DNA of 64,000 bases from an uncultured Cellulomonadaceae bacterium (GTDB lineage Bacteria; Actinomycetota; Actinomycetes; Actinomycetales; Cellulomonadaceae). The DNA is taken from positions 468,041-532,040 of the forward strand of contig CANLXM010000003.1 in assembly GCA_947495165.1 (NCBI GenBank), written 5' to 3'. A program made the position numbers and the translations under genes. Shown in pieces: positions 52,432 to 61,791 of the stretch. Under the pieces are notes generated by a model. That model saw only the letters and a program-made list of their open reading frames with translations, was not told where the DNA came from and did no database searches. Each line of letters opens with the position of its first letter. Within the stretch, counting starts at the first letter, position 1.

Positions 52432-53705
52432 GGCTGTCGACCATCCCCGAGGCTCTCGAGGCCATCGCTGCCGGACGTCCCGTGCTCGTCGCGGACTCGC
52501 CGGACCGTGAGAACGAGGCGGACGTCGTCCTCGCCGCCAGCACGGCGACGGCTGAGTGGGTCGCATGGACGATCCGTCACTCCTCGGGCTACCTCTGCGC
52601 CCCGATGCCCGCGGGCCGCGCCGACGCGCTCGAGCTGCCGCTCATGGTGCCGCGCAGCCAGGACCCGCGCCGCACGGCCTACACGGTGACCGTCGACGCC
52701 GCGACGGGCGTGACCACGGGGATCTCCGCCGCAGACCGCACCCGGACCCTGCGGGTGCTCGCGGACCCCGCGTCGGGCGCGGTCGACCTGATCCGGCCCG
52801 GCCACGTCCTGCCGCTGCGGGCGGTGGCCGGGGGAGTGCTGCACCGGGCCGGTCACACCGAGGCCGCGGTCGACCTCGTGCGGCTCGCAGGTGCTGGAAC
52901 CGTCGGTGCGATCGCCGAGCTCGTGAACGACGACGGCACCATGATGCGGCTCCCGGACGTCGCCGAGCTGGCCGAGCGTGACGGGCTCGTGCTCATCACG
53001 ATCGCCGACCTCATCGCCTGGCGCCTCGAGCACGACCCGGCGCACGGGGAGACCGAGGACGACGTCACCCCGGATCACCGCGTGGAGGCGACCGACGTCG
53101 CGCTCCTGCCCACGGCGCACGGCGACTTCCACGTGCGCGGCTACCGCGACCTGCGCACCGGGGCCGAGCACGTCGCCCTGGTGCCGGTCGACGTCACCTC
53201 GGCCGACGCGACGCCCGTGGTGCGGGTGCACTCCGAGTGCCTCACGGGAGACGCCTTCGGGTCCCTGCGCTGCGACTGCGGTCCGCAGCTGCGGACCGCC
53301 ATGCGCGAGGTCGCCGACCGCGGTGGTGCCGTGGTCTACCTCCGGGGTCATGAGGGACGCGGGATCGGGCTGCTCGCGAAGATCGGCGCGTATGCGCTGC
53401 AGGACGCCGGCTACGACACGGTGCAGGCGAACCTCGAGCTCGGCTGGCCCGCCGACCGCCGCGAGTACGGCGCAGCGGCCGCCATCCTCAAGGACCTCGG
53501 CCTCGACCGCATCACCCTGCTGACGAACAACCCCGCGAAGGTCACCGGGCTGACGGCGAGCGGCATCCACGTGGCCGGCACCGAGCGGATCGAGGTCGGC
53601 CACACTCCCCAGAACCACGACTACCTGCTGACGAAGAAGGTCGCCATGGGGCACGAGCTGCTCCTCGACGGTGCGACCACGACGATGGAGGAGGACCCAC
53701 GATGA
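52428..53705 (+). CDS. ribBA: bifunctional 3,4-dihydroxy-2-butanone-4-phosphate synthase / GTP cyclohydrolase II
   Basis: [16 protein letters not shown], then [21 protein letters not shown] and EGRGIGL. Confidence 0.95.
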   Translation: MRLSTIPEALEAIAAGRPVLVADSPDRENEADVVLAASTATAEWVAWTIRHSSGYLCAPMPAGRADALELPLMVPRSQDPRRTAYTVTVDAATGVTTGISAADRTRTLRVLADPASGAVDLIRPGHVLPLRAVAGGVLHRAGHTEAAVDLVRLAGAGTVGAIAELVNDDGTMMRLPDVAELAERDGLVLITIADLIAWRLEHDPAHGETEDDVTPDHRVEATDVALLPTAHGDFHVRGYRDLRTGAEHVALVPVDVTSADATPVVRVHSECLTGDAFGSLRCDCGPQLRTAMREVADRGGAVVYLRGHEGRGIGLLAKIGAYALQDAGYDTVQANLELGWPADRREYGAAAAILKDLGLDRITLLTNNPAKVTGLTASGIHVAGTERIEVGHTPQNHDYLLTKKVAMGHELLLDGATTTMEEDPR

Positions 53706-54169
53706 GCGGCGCTGGAGCACCCACGGTCACGGTCGACGGGACGGGCCTGCGGGCCGCGCTCGTCGCGGCGAGCTGGCACACGCAGATCATGGACGGCCTG
53801 ATCGGGGGTGCCCAGCGCGCCTTCGAGCGCGCGAACCTCACGGACGTGACGCTGGTGCGCGTGCCCGGCTCGTTCGAGCTCCCCGTCGTGGCCGCGCGGG
53901 CGGCCGAGGCGGGCTACGACGTCGTCGTCGCCCTCGGCGTGGTCGTTCGGGGTGGGACGCCGCACTTCGAGTTCGTGTGCCAGGGCGTGACGCAGGGCCT
54001 GACCGAGGTCGCGATCCGCACGGGCGTCCCCGTGGGCTTCGGGGTCCTGACGGTCGACGACGAGGAGCAGGCGATCGCGCGCGCGGGCCTGCCCGGCTCC
54101 TCCGAGGACAAGGGCGCGGAGGCCGTCGAGGCGGCGATCGCGACGGCGCTGGCCCTGCGCGCGCTCTGA
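53702..54169 (+). CDS. ribH: 6,7-dimethyl-8-ribityllumazine synthase
   Basis: [26 protein letters not shown] overlap with ribBA. Confidence 0.95.
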   Translation: MSGAGAPTVTVDGTGLRAALVAASWHTQIMDGLIGGAQRAFERANLTDVTLVRVPGSFELPVVAARAAEAGYDVVVALGVVVRGGTPHFEFVCQGVTQGLTEVAIRTGVPVGFGVLTVDDEEQAIARAGLPGSSEDKGAEAVEAAIATALALRAL

Positions 54170-54238
54170 GGGACCCGTGTGACGACCGTCTCCCGGACGT
54201 GCTCTCGCGACCGGGCCCCGGGAACTAGGCTGGGGCGC

Positions 54239-54502
54239 GTGAAAACCTTCGATGATCTTTACGCAGAGCTCTCGCGCAAGGCCGTGGAGCGGCCGGCCGG
54301 GTCGGGCACGGTGGCCGAGCTGGACGCGGGCGTCCATGCGATCGGCAAGAAGATCGTCGAGGAGGCGGCAGAGGTCTGGATGGCCGCCGAGTACCAGAGC
54401 GACGCCGAGCTCGCGGAAGAGATCTCCCAGCTCGTCTACCACGCCCAGGTGCTCATGATCGCCCGGGGGCTGACGCCCGCGGACGTGTACCGCTACCTCT
54501 GA
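54239..54502 (+). CDS. hisE: phosphoribosyl-ATP pyrophosphatase
   Basis: GTG at 54239. [39 protein letters not shown]. Confidence 0.92.
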   Translation: MKTFDDLYAELSRKAVERPAGSGTVAELDAGVHAIGKKIVEEAAEVWMAAEYQSDAELAEEISQLVYHAQVLMIARGLTPADVYRYL

Positions 54503-54533
54503 CCAGCCGACCCCACCACCGACGAGGACTCCT

Positions 54534-55379
54534 GTGCTGCGCATCGCCGTACCCAACAAGGGCTCGCTGTCCGAGCCCGCCACCGAGATGCTGCGCGAGG
54601 CGGGCTATCGCCAGCGCCGCGACACCCGCGAGCTCGTGCTCACGGACCCGGACAACGACGCCGAGTTCTTCTTCCTGCGCCCGCGCGACGTCGCCGTGTA
54701 CGTGGGTGCCGGCACCGTGGACGTCGGCATCACCGGACGAGACCTCCTGCTCGACTCCGGCGCCGCCGCCGTCGAGCACCTGCCGCTCGGCTTCGCCCGG
54801 TCCACGTTCCGCTACGCCGCTCCGGTCGGCACCATCACGGACATGGCGCAGATCGCCGGCAAGCGGGTAGCGACGTCGTACAACGTGCTCGTGCATGATC
54901 ACCTGGCCGCCAACGGCGTCGAGCCTGCCGCCATCGTCCACCTGGACGGGGCCGTCGAGAGCTCGGTCAAGCTCGGGGTGGCCGACCTCATCGCCGACGT
55001 CGTCGAGACGGGCACCACGCTGCGCGCCGCCGGGCTGGAGATCTTCGGCGAGCCGATCCTGCGCTCCGAGGCCGTGATGATCCGCCGCGACGGCCCCGAG
55101 CCCGACGGCCTCGCGACGCTGACGCGTCGGCTGCAGGGTGTCCTCACGGCCCGTCAGTACGTCCTGATGGACTACGACGTCCCCCTGACGAAGGTCGAGG
55201 CGGCGGTCGCCATCACCCCGGGCCTGGAGTCGCCCACGGTGTCCCCGCTGCACGACGCCGAGTGGGCCGCGGTGCGCGCGATGGTCCCGCGGGCCCAGAC
55301 CAACCGGGTGATGGACGACCTGTACGACGTCGGGGCCCGCGCGATCATCGTGACCTCGATCCACGCCTGCCGGCTCTGA
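54534..55379 (+). CDS. hisG: ATP phosphoribosyltransferase (long form)
   Basis: [39 protein letters not shown], and a C-terminal regulatory domain. Confidence 0.94.
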   Translation: MLRIAVPNKGSLSEPATEMLREAGYRQRRDTRELVLTDPDNDAEFFFLRPRDVAVYVGAGTVDVGITGRDLLLDSGAAAVEHLPLGFARSTFRYAAPVGTITDMAQIAGKRVATSYNVLVHDHLAANGVEPAAIVHLDGAVESSVKLGVADLIADVVETGTTLRAAGLEIFGEPILRSEAVMIRRDGPEPDGLATLTRRLQGVLTARQYVLMDYDVPLTKVEAAVAITPGLESPTVSPLHDAEWAAVRAMVPRAQTNRVMDDLYDVGARAIIVTSIHACRL

Positions 55380-55391
55380 GGGCACACCACG

Positions 55392-55856
55392 ATGGCTGGT
55401 GACGTCCCCACGCTGTACGCACCGTTCCGTCCGCGGATGACCCGGGCCGTCGGAGGGGTGGTCGGGGGTCTGCTCGCCGTCGGCGGCGTCGTGCTCTGGC
55501 TGACCTCGCCCGGGGCTCCCGGCACGGGCTACGACGCCGTGAACACCGCCGGTCTCCTCGTCGTGCTCGGGCTCGCCCTCGCCCTCGTGTGGCGGCACGC
55601 GACCGTGCACGCCCTCGTCACCCCGGAGGGCATCCGCGTGCGCAACCTCGTGCACACGACCGTCCTCGGGTGGCGGCAGATCGAGGGCGTCCGGTTCGGG
55701 TCCGGACAGCCGTGGGTGTCGCTCGACCTGGTCGACGGCAACGAGCTCGCGGTCATGGCCGTGCAGAGCGCCGACGGTCCGTTCGCCACGCAGGAGGCCC
55801 GACGGCTCGCCACGCTGGTCGACGCCCATGGTGCACCGCGCCCGCCGGCAGGCTGA
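55392..55856 (+). CDS. membrane-anchored bacterial PH-domain protein (2 TM helices plus a PH-like domain)
   Basis: Two TM helices, then GIRVRNLVHTTVLGWRQIEGVRF..VSLDLVDGNELAVMAVQ, typical of bPH/antigen-6-like domains. The position after hisG is conserved in mycobacteria. Confidence 0.75.
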   Translation: MAGDVPTLYAPFRPRMTRAVGGVVGGLLAVGGVVLWLTSPGAPGTGYDAVNTAGLLVVLGLALALVWRHATVHALVTPEGIRVRNLVHTTVLGWRQIEGVRFGSGQPWVSLDLVDGNELAVMAVQSADGPFATQEARRLATLVDAHGAPRPPAG

Positions 55857-55878
55857 GCACCGCACACCCCGCACGACG

Positions 55879-55924
55879 ACGACGCCCTGCGCCTCCCGGA
55901 TGTCCGGGGGACGCAGGGCGTCGT
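55879..55924. terminator. bidirectional terminator-like hairpin between convergent genes
   Basis: acgacgccctgcg (55879-91) / cgcagggcgtcgt (55912-24), a 13-bp stem with an inner cccgga..tccggg helix. Confidence 0.55.
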
Positions 55925-55970
55925 GGTCGTGCACGCGCGGGCCGCCGTCCGGCGGGCCCGCGCGCGGCGA

Positions 55971-57827
55971 TCAGCTGAACGTGCGCTGGCGCTTGGGACG
56001 AGTCTCGTAGCGGTCTTCGCGCGCCGGACGGCGCCCAGCAGGCGCGTGGTCACGGGCCGGGCGCTCGGCACGGTCGCGCCGCGGCGCCGGGCCCTGGTCG
56101 ACCGCGATGCGCAACGGCTTGCCGGCGACGCGGGCCCGCGAGATGCGGTCGAGCGTCTGAGCGTCCATCGGCGCCGCGATGTCGACGAGCGAGAAGCTCG
56201 GGAAGATGTCGATCTTGCCGAGGTCCTTGCCGTTGAGGCCGCCCTCGTTCGTCAGCGCGCCGACGATCCCGCTGGGCTGCGCGCCGTGGGTGAACCCCAC
56301 CGCCAGGCGGTAGCGGGTGCCGATCGCACCGCGCCGGTCGCCGCCACGCTCACCGCCGCGATCGCCGCGGTCCTCGTAGCGTCCGCGGCTCTCGCCACGG
56401 TCGTTCGTGCGCGTCTTGGCGCGCTCCGCGAGGCGCTTGGCCTCGTCGCGCTCGGCCTCGGCCGCGAGCTGCTCAGCACGCGCCTTGGGGCCGTCGTCGC
56501 CGACCGACAGCGCGAGCAGCGCCGCGGCAAGATCGAGCGGGTCGAGCTCGTCGGTGGCGAGGAGAGCCTCGATCTGGCCCCGGTAGAGCGACAGGCGGCC
56601 GGCGCCGACGCGCTCGCTCACCTGGGCGAGGGTGGACGCCGACTTGTGCGCGGAGACGTCCGCCGGGGTCGGGATCTCGATCTCCTCGAGCGAGACGCGC
56701 GTGGTGCGCTCGATGCCGCGCAGGCGACCGCGCTCGGCGGGCGTCACGAACGACAGGGCGACACCGGTGCGGCCGGCACGGCCGGTGCGGCCGATGCGGT
56801 GGACGTAGGCCTCGGGCTCACCCGGCAGGTCGAAGTTGACGACGAGGCCGATGCGGTCGACGTCGAGCCCGCGGGCGGCGACGTCGGTCGCGACGAGCAC
56901 GTCGAGCGCGCCCGAGCGGAGCCGCTCGACGATCTTCTCGCGCTCCTTCTGGGCGACGTCGCCCGAGATCGTCGCGGCAGAGATGCCGCGCTCGATCAGC
57001 GCGGAGCCGACCTCCTCGGCGGCACCGCGGGTGCGGCAGAACACGATCGCCGCGTCGGCGTCGGACGTCGCGAGGACGCGGGTGAGGGCTCCGACCTTGT
57101 GCCGGAACGGGACGACCGCGAAGGTCTGCTTGACGGCCGTGACGGTCGACGACTGACGTGACACGGCGATCTCGACGGGCTGGCGCAGGTGCTGCTGGGC
57201 CACGCGGCGGATCGGGGCGGGCATCGTCGCGGAGAACAGCGCGACCTGACGCTCGACGGGCGCCGCAGTGAAGACCTTCTCGACCTCCTCGGCGAAGCCC
57301 ATGCGGAGCATCTCGTCAGCCTCGTCGAGGACCAGGAAGCGGATGCCGTCCATCTTCAGGGTGCCGCGCTCCATGTGGTCGATCACGCGACCGGGCGTGC
57401 CGACGACGACCTGGGCGCCGCGGCCCAGGGCACGCTGCTGCGGCACGAACGGCGCGCCGCCGTACACGGCGACGATCTCCATGCCGGGCAGGTGCTTGGC
57501 GAAGGTCTCGATGGCCTCGGCGACCTGCATGGCGAGCTCGCGCGTCGGGGTGAGCACGATGGCCTGCGTCTCGCGGAGGCTCGCGTCGAGCGCGGCGAGC
57601 ATCGGCAGGCCGAACGCGGCGGTCTTGCCGGTACCCGTCTGCGCGACGCCGGTGATGTCGCGACCGGCGAGCAGCGCCGGGATGGCCTCGGCCTGGATGG
57701 GGGAGGGGATCGTGAAGCCGAGGTCCGCGATGGCCTGGTTCAGCGCCTCGGGCATGCCGAGGTCGGCGAACGTGAGGGCCGGAGCCTCGGTCGTGGCGGG
57801 CGCGGGCATGGTGGTGTCAGAAGACAT
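55971..57827 (-). CDS. DEAD-box ATP-dependent RNA helicase (DeaD/CshA-like) with a DbpA-type RNA-binding domain and an Arg/Gly-rich region
   Basis: Q-motif FADLGMP..GFTIPSPIQ, AQTGTGKT, DEAD (VLDEADEM), SAT, HRIGRTGRAG. C-terminal RGESRGRYEDRGDRGGERGGDRRG and a DbpA-like fold. Confidence 0.94.
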   Translation of the reverse strand: MSSDTTMPAPATTEAPALTFADLGMPEALNQAIADLGFTIPSPIQAEAIPALLAGRDITGVAQTGTGKTAAFGLPMLAALDASLRETQAIVLTPTRELAMQVAEAIETFAKHLPGMEIVAVYGGAPFVPQQRALGRGAQVVVGTPGRVIDHMERGTLKMDGIRFLVLDEADEMLRMGFAEEVEKVFTAAPVERQVALFSATMPAPIRRVAQQHLRQPVEIAVSRQSSTVTAVKQTFAVVPFRHKVGALTRVLATSDADAAIVFCRTRGAAEEVGSALIERGISAATISGDVAQKEREKIVERLRSGALDVLVATDVAARGLDVDRIGLVVNFDLPGEPEAYVHRIGRTGRAGRTGVALSFVTPAERGRLRGIERTTRVSLEEIEIPTPADVSAHKSASTLAQVSERVGAGRLSLYRGQIEALLATDELDPLDLAAALLALSVGDDGPKARAEQLAAEAERDEAKRLAERAKTRTNDRGESRGRYEDRGDRGGERGGDRRGAIGTRYRLAVGFTHGAQPSGIVGALTNEGGLNGKDLGKIDIFPSFSLVDIAAPMDAQTLDRISRARVAGKPLRIAVDQGPAPRRDRAERPARDHAPAGRRPAREDRYETRPKRQRTFS

Positions 57828-58106
57828 AGAGGTGCTTCAACCGTTCGTAGATGCGTCCGGAGCTGGCGCGGCCTTGATACCGACGCCGTCGCAATCCCGA
57901 GACACACACGGCCGATGACGGCCACCTGCTCCCACCGCGGTGGGCAGCTACCAACTGAACAGCTACACGCGGGAAACGCGACGAACTCCACAATGAAGTG
58001 CCCACTCTACGCGATGGCGCCCGGTTGTGGTCGGTCCGCCGATGCTCAGCCGCGTGAGGTGGGACACAGGCCCCTCTAGGATGGGGCGCGACGGAAGGGG
58101 GCAGGA

Positions 58107-59048
58107 GTGCCGAGGTCGACCACACGGTTCACGCCGCGCCCCGACGCGTCCATGGTCCTGCTCGACGAGGTCATGCACCGGCCGCTCGACCCCGGATATG
58201 CGGAGGCGGCGGCACGGCGCGCGGCCGGGACCGAGCCCCGACGCACGCTCCTCGGCCAGGCCGTGGTCGTGCTCATCGCTGCGGCGCTCGGAGTCGTCAC
58301 CGCGACGGCGGCGGCCGACCTGCGGGCCCCCGCACCGGAGGTCCTCACCGCACGCGCGCTCCTCGAGGAGGAGATCGCCCAGCGCCAAGCTGGAGCCGAC
58401 CAGCTGGCCGACCAGCTCCAGGCGCTCGACGTCGAGATCGAGGATCTGCAGTCCGCAGCCCTCGCGGAGACGTTCCCGAACCTGCTCGCGACGACGCGCC
58501 GGGACGCGGCGGTGGCGGGGACGATCGCCGTGACGGGCCCGGGGATCGAGCTCGTGGTGGCGGACGCGGTCACCGTGCCGGGGGCCGACCCGGAACGTGG
58601 TTCCCGGGTTCAGGACTACGACCTGCAGATCGTCGTCAACGCGCTGTGGTCCGCGGGCGCGGAGGCCATCACCGTGAACGGGACCCGGCTGACCACGACC
58701 AGCGCCATCCGGTCCGCCGGGGACGCGATCCTCGTGGACCTCATCGGGCTGGCGAGCCCGTACACGATCGAGGCCGTCGGCGACCCTGCGGCCCTCACGG
58801 TCGGCTTCGCGCGATCCGTCGGCCAGCAGCAGCTCACGGTGCTCGGGTCCCGCTACGGCATCTCGTCGTCGATGCGGGAGGTCGAGCAGATCGACGCCCG
58901 AGCCGGCCGAGCGACCGACCTGTTCTACGCCGAGGCCGTCGGCGCGCCGGTCGCGGGCGGGCAGACCGTAGGATCACTGAGCACAGGCCTCGGCACGGCC
59001 ACGACCGGCCGCCCCGTACGCCAGGCACCCAAGGAGGATCACAGATGA
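58107..59048 (+). CDS. DUF881 domain membrane protein (division/cell-wall cluster)
   Basis: TM helix, coiled-coil, then the DUF881 core (TGPGIELVV..DYDLQIVVNALWSAGAEAITVNGTRL..YTIEAVGDP). Confidence 0.82.
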   Translation: MPRSTTRFTPRPDASMVLLDEVMHRPLDPGYAEAAARRAAGTEPRRTLLGQAVVVLIAAALGVVTATAAADLRAPAPEVLTARALLEEEIAQRQAGADQLADQLQALDVEIEDLQSAALAETFPNLLATTRRDAAVAGTIAVTGPGIELVVADAVTVPGADPERGSRVQDYDLQIVVNALWSAGAEAITVNGTRLTTTSAIRSAGDAILVDLIGLASPYTIEAVGDPAALTVGFARSVGQQQLTVLGSRYGISSSMREVEQIDARAGRATDLFYAEAVGAPVAGGQTVGSLSTGLGTATTGRPVRQAPKEDHR

Positions 59049-59377
59049 TCGCCGTCCTCGGCCTCGTCGTCGGAGCGATGGTCGGGCTCTTCTTCGAGCC
59101 GGCCGTGCCCGTCGGCCTGCAGCCCTATCTCCCGATCGCCGTGGTCGCGGCGCTCGACGCGCTCTTCGGGGGTCTGCGCGCCCTCCTCGACGGCACCTTC
59201 AACGACCGCGTCTTCATCGTGTCGTTCCTGTCCAACGTCGTCGTGGCCGCGCTCATCGTCTTCCTCGGGGACCAGCTCGGCGTCGGCACCCAGCTCTCGA
59301 CCGGCGTCGTCGTCGTCCTCGGGATCCGCATCTTCTCCAACGCCGCCGCGATCCGTCGGCACCTGTTCAAGGCATGA
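59045..59377 (+). CDS. sbp: small basic membrane protein (sbp, DUF1290)
   Basis: ATGA overlap with the upstream gene. 110 aa, 3 TM helices. MIAVLGLVVGAMVGL..RIFSNAAAIRRHLF. Confidence 0.85.
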   Translation: MIAVLGLVVGAMVGLFFEPAVPVGLQPYLPIAVVAALDALFGGLRALLDGTFNDRVFIVSFLSNVVVAALIVFLGDQLGVGTQLSTGVVVVLGIRIFSNAAAIRRHLFKA

Positions 59378-60210
59378 CCGAGCCGGACGCGACAGACGCC
59401 GCCGCCGACCGAGCTGGCGCTGGGCACTCGGCGACCCCAGAGCCAGGGGCAGCGCCTCGGCACGCCGACGCCGCGCCCGAGCGCGCCCCGGCCTGGCGGA
59501 CGCTGCGACGCGCACTGTCGCCGCGACTGAGCACCTCGCGCCTGGTGGCCGCGCTCCTGTGCGCGCTCCTCGGCTTCGCGCTCGTCGTGCAGGTGCAGCA
59601 GACGCAGACGGAGTCGTTGTCGTCGCTGCGCCAGTCCGAGCTCGTGCGGATCCTCGACGAGGTCACCCAGCGCGGCTCGGACCTCGAGAACGAGGTCCGG
59701 ACCCTCCGCGAGCAGCGGGACGAGCTGCAGTCGGGGACGGCCGACGACGCTGCGGCGCTCGCCGTCGCCGTCGAGCGCGCCGAGCGCCAGGGGATCCTGT
59801 CCGGCCGGCTTCCCGCCGTCGGGACCGGCGTGACGGTCCGCATCACCGAGGGCGACACGCCGCTGCGTGCCACCGTCCTGCTGACGGTGCTCGAGGAGCT
59901 CCGCAACGCTGGCGCCGAGGTCATCGAGCTCAACGGGGTCCGGCTCGTGGCGTCGTCGTACCTTGTCGAGACGAACGAGGGGATCGTCGTCGACGGACAG
60001 GTCGTCAGCGCGCCCTATCTGTGGGCGGCGATCGGCGACCCGAGCGCGCTGGGTCCCGCGCTGGAGATCCCGGGCGGCGCGATGTCCAGCGTGCGGACCG
60101 GCGGTGCAACCGGCCGGATCGAGGCGGTGGACGAGCTCGAGATCAACGCCGTGCGCGAGCCGGCGCCGCTGCGCTACGCCGAGCCCGTCACCGGGACGGA
60201 CACCGCGTGA
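59374..60210 (+). CDS. DUF881 domain membrane protein (second paralogue)
   Basis: ATGA overlap with sbp. TM helix plus coiled-coil plus the DUF881 core (GTGVTVRITEG..VLEELRNAGAEVIELNGVRL..IGDP). Confidence 0.82.
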   Translation: MTEPDATDAAADRAGAGHSATPEPGAAPRHADAAPERAPAWRTLRRALSPRLSTSRLVAALLCALLGFALVVQVQQTQTESLSSLRQSELVRILDEVTQRGSDLENEVRTLREQRDELQSGTADDAAALAVAVERAERQGILSGRLPAVGTGVTVRITEGDTPLRATVLLTVLEELRNAGAEVIELNGVRLVASSYLVETNEGIVVDGQVVSAPYLWAAIGDPSALGPALEIPGGAMSSVRTGGATGRIEAVDELEINAVREPAPLRYAEPVTGTDTA

Positions 60211-60340
60211 CTGTGACACCCTCAGACGTAGAGGATCACCGACCCCTGCGCCTAAGGTGGGGGTCTGCAACTGCCGATGTCGTCAATGGTCGCCTGCTGC
60301 TGCTCGCACCCACTGATCACTGCACCGCCGAGGAGGGCGA

Positions 60341-60835
60341 ATGACCGAGAGCTCCGAGCCGAGGGACCAGCGCGGCACGTTCACCGGTCACGCCGCCGAT
60401 GCCACCGCGGTGTTCGGCGTCGTCCCGGCGACCCCGGCCGAGGGCATCGCGTACGTCTCCGGGCTCTCCGCGGAGGAGCAGGCCGCCGTGGCGGCGCTGC
60501 CGCAGGGCTGCGCGCTGCTGCTCATGCAGCGCGGTCCTGGCGCGGGCTCGCGGTTCCTGCTGGACTCCGACCGCACCCTCGTGGGGCGCTCCGAGCGCGC
60601 GGACATCTTCCTCGACGACGTCACGGTCTCGCGCAAGCACGCTGTGTTCATCCGCTCGGGTGACGGCTTCGCCGTCCGCGACTCCGGCTCGCTCAACGGC
60701 ACGTACGTCAACCGCGCGCGTGTGGACGAGATCGTGCTCTCGGCGGGCGACGAGGTCCAGATCGGGAAGTTCCGGATGACGTTCCACCCGCGGCTCGCGG
60801 GCAACCGAGGCGCGCAGGGGAGCGACCGGGCGTGA
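60341..60835 (+). CDS. garA: FHA-domain regulator, GarA/OdhI orthologue
   Basis: LLLMQRGPGAGSRFLLD, DIFLDDVTVSRKHAVF, GSLNGTYVN, GDEVQIGKFRMTF. These are near-identical in pattern to GarA/OdhI. Confidence 0.9.
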   Translation: MTESSEPRDQRGTFTGHAADATAVFGVVPATPAEGIAYVSGLSAEEQAAVAALPQGCALLLMQRGPGAGSRFLLDSDRTLVGRSERADIFLDDVTVSRKHAVFIRSGDGFAVRDSGSLNGTYVNRARVDEIVLSAGDEVQIGKFRMTFHPRLAGNRGAQGSDRA

Positions 60836-61602
60836 GCCCGCGGTCCGTCCAGCGAACCGCGTCCGACGTCGAGCCCGCCGCGCACGAGCACGGCGGTCCT
60901 CGGGCGGTCGAGTCGTGGCCCCCCGGCATCTCGACCCGCCCGACGATGCGGATCTCGGACGTGCTCGGGTCGCTGCGCCCCGAGTTCCCGACGCTCACGC
61001 CGTCCAAGCTCCGCTTCCTCGAGGAGCAGGGGCTGGTCGAGCCTGTCCGCACACCCGCGGGATACCGCCAGTACTCGCTCGCCGACGTCGAGCGGCTGCG
61101 GTACGTCCTCGCCGCCCAGCGCGACAAGTACCTCCCGCTGAAGGTGATCAAGGAAGAGCTGGCGGCGCTCGACGCCGGGCAGGGCTCCGTGCCGCTCGCG
61201 CGAGCGGTGCCTGAGGGTGCCGGTGAGCTCCGGCCTGCCGATCGCCTGACAGCGCAGTCGCTCGCGGACTCCGCGGACGTCGATGTCGCGCTCGTCACCG
61301 GGCTGATGGCCGCCGGTGTGATTCGCCCCGACTCGCGCGGTCACTTCGACCCCTGGACCCTCGAGGTCGTCCGGATCGCCGCAGCCGTGGGTGCTCACGG
61401 CGTCGAGCCGCGTCACCTGCGCGCCGCACGGCTCGCCGCGGACCGGTCGATCGACCTGGTCGCGGCCGCCGTGGCTCCCTTGCGGGCCGCCGCGACGCCC
61501 TCGGCTCGTGCCCGGGCGGGCGCCCTGGGTGCCGACCTGGGGGAGTCGCTCGCCGAGCTGCACACGGTGCTGCTGCGCCAGGGCGTCGCGGACCTCGCCT
61601 AG
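60832..61602 (+). CDS. MerR-family transcriptional regulator (FtsR / Rv1828-like)
   Basis: GTGA overlap with garA. HTH MRISDVLG..LRFLEEQGLVEPVRTPAGYRQYSLADVERLRYVL. The ATG at 60946 is an alternative start. Confidence 0.85.
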   Translation: MSPRSVQRTASDVEPAAHEHGGPRAVESWPPGISTRPTMRISDVLGSLRPEFPTLTPSKLRFLEEQGLVEPVRTPAGYRQYSLADVERLRYVLAAQRDKYLPLKVIKEELAALDAGQGSVPLARAVPEGAGELRPADRLTAQSLADSADVDVALVTGLMAAGVIRPDSRGHFDPWTLEVVRIAAAVGAHGVEPRHLRAARLAADRSIDLVAAAVAPLRAAATPSARARAGALGADLGESLAELHTVLLRQGVADLA

Positions 61603-61791
61603 AGTCAGCCTTTCGGACATACCGGGCAAGTCTCGACCTCAACCTGAAGGTAAGACACGCTGACCGCGACACGCCGGGCGAGTCGCGCCGTCGGTCGTTG
61701 ACGGCGTCAGGGGGCGCCCGTAGCGTACGAGTGTCACCAGGGGAGCGGCGCTCGACATGCGCAGCACGGGTGCAGTGAGACGGAGGCACGA

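Noticed and set aside
47484-53720. 639-aa, 707-aa and 665-aa minus-strand ORFs opposite fmt-rsmB and the rib operon
   Set aside because: Antisense to strongly supported housekeeping genes, with a low-complexity composition.
55923-58079. 412-aa and 296-aa + strand ORFs opposite the DEAD-box helicase
   Set aside because: The minus-strand frame carries every DEAD-box motif in order. The + strand translations are Arg/Ala/Gly/Asp-rich with no motifs.
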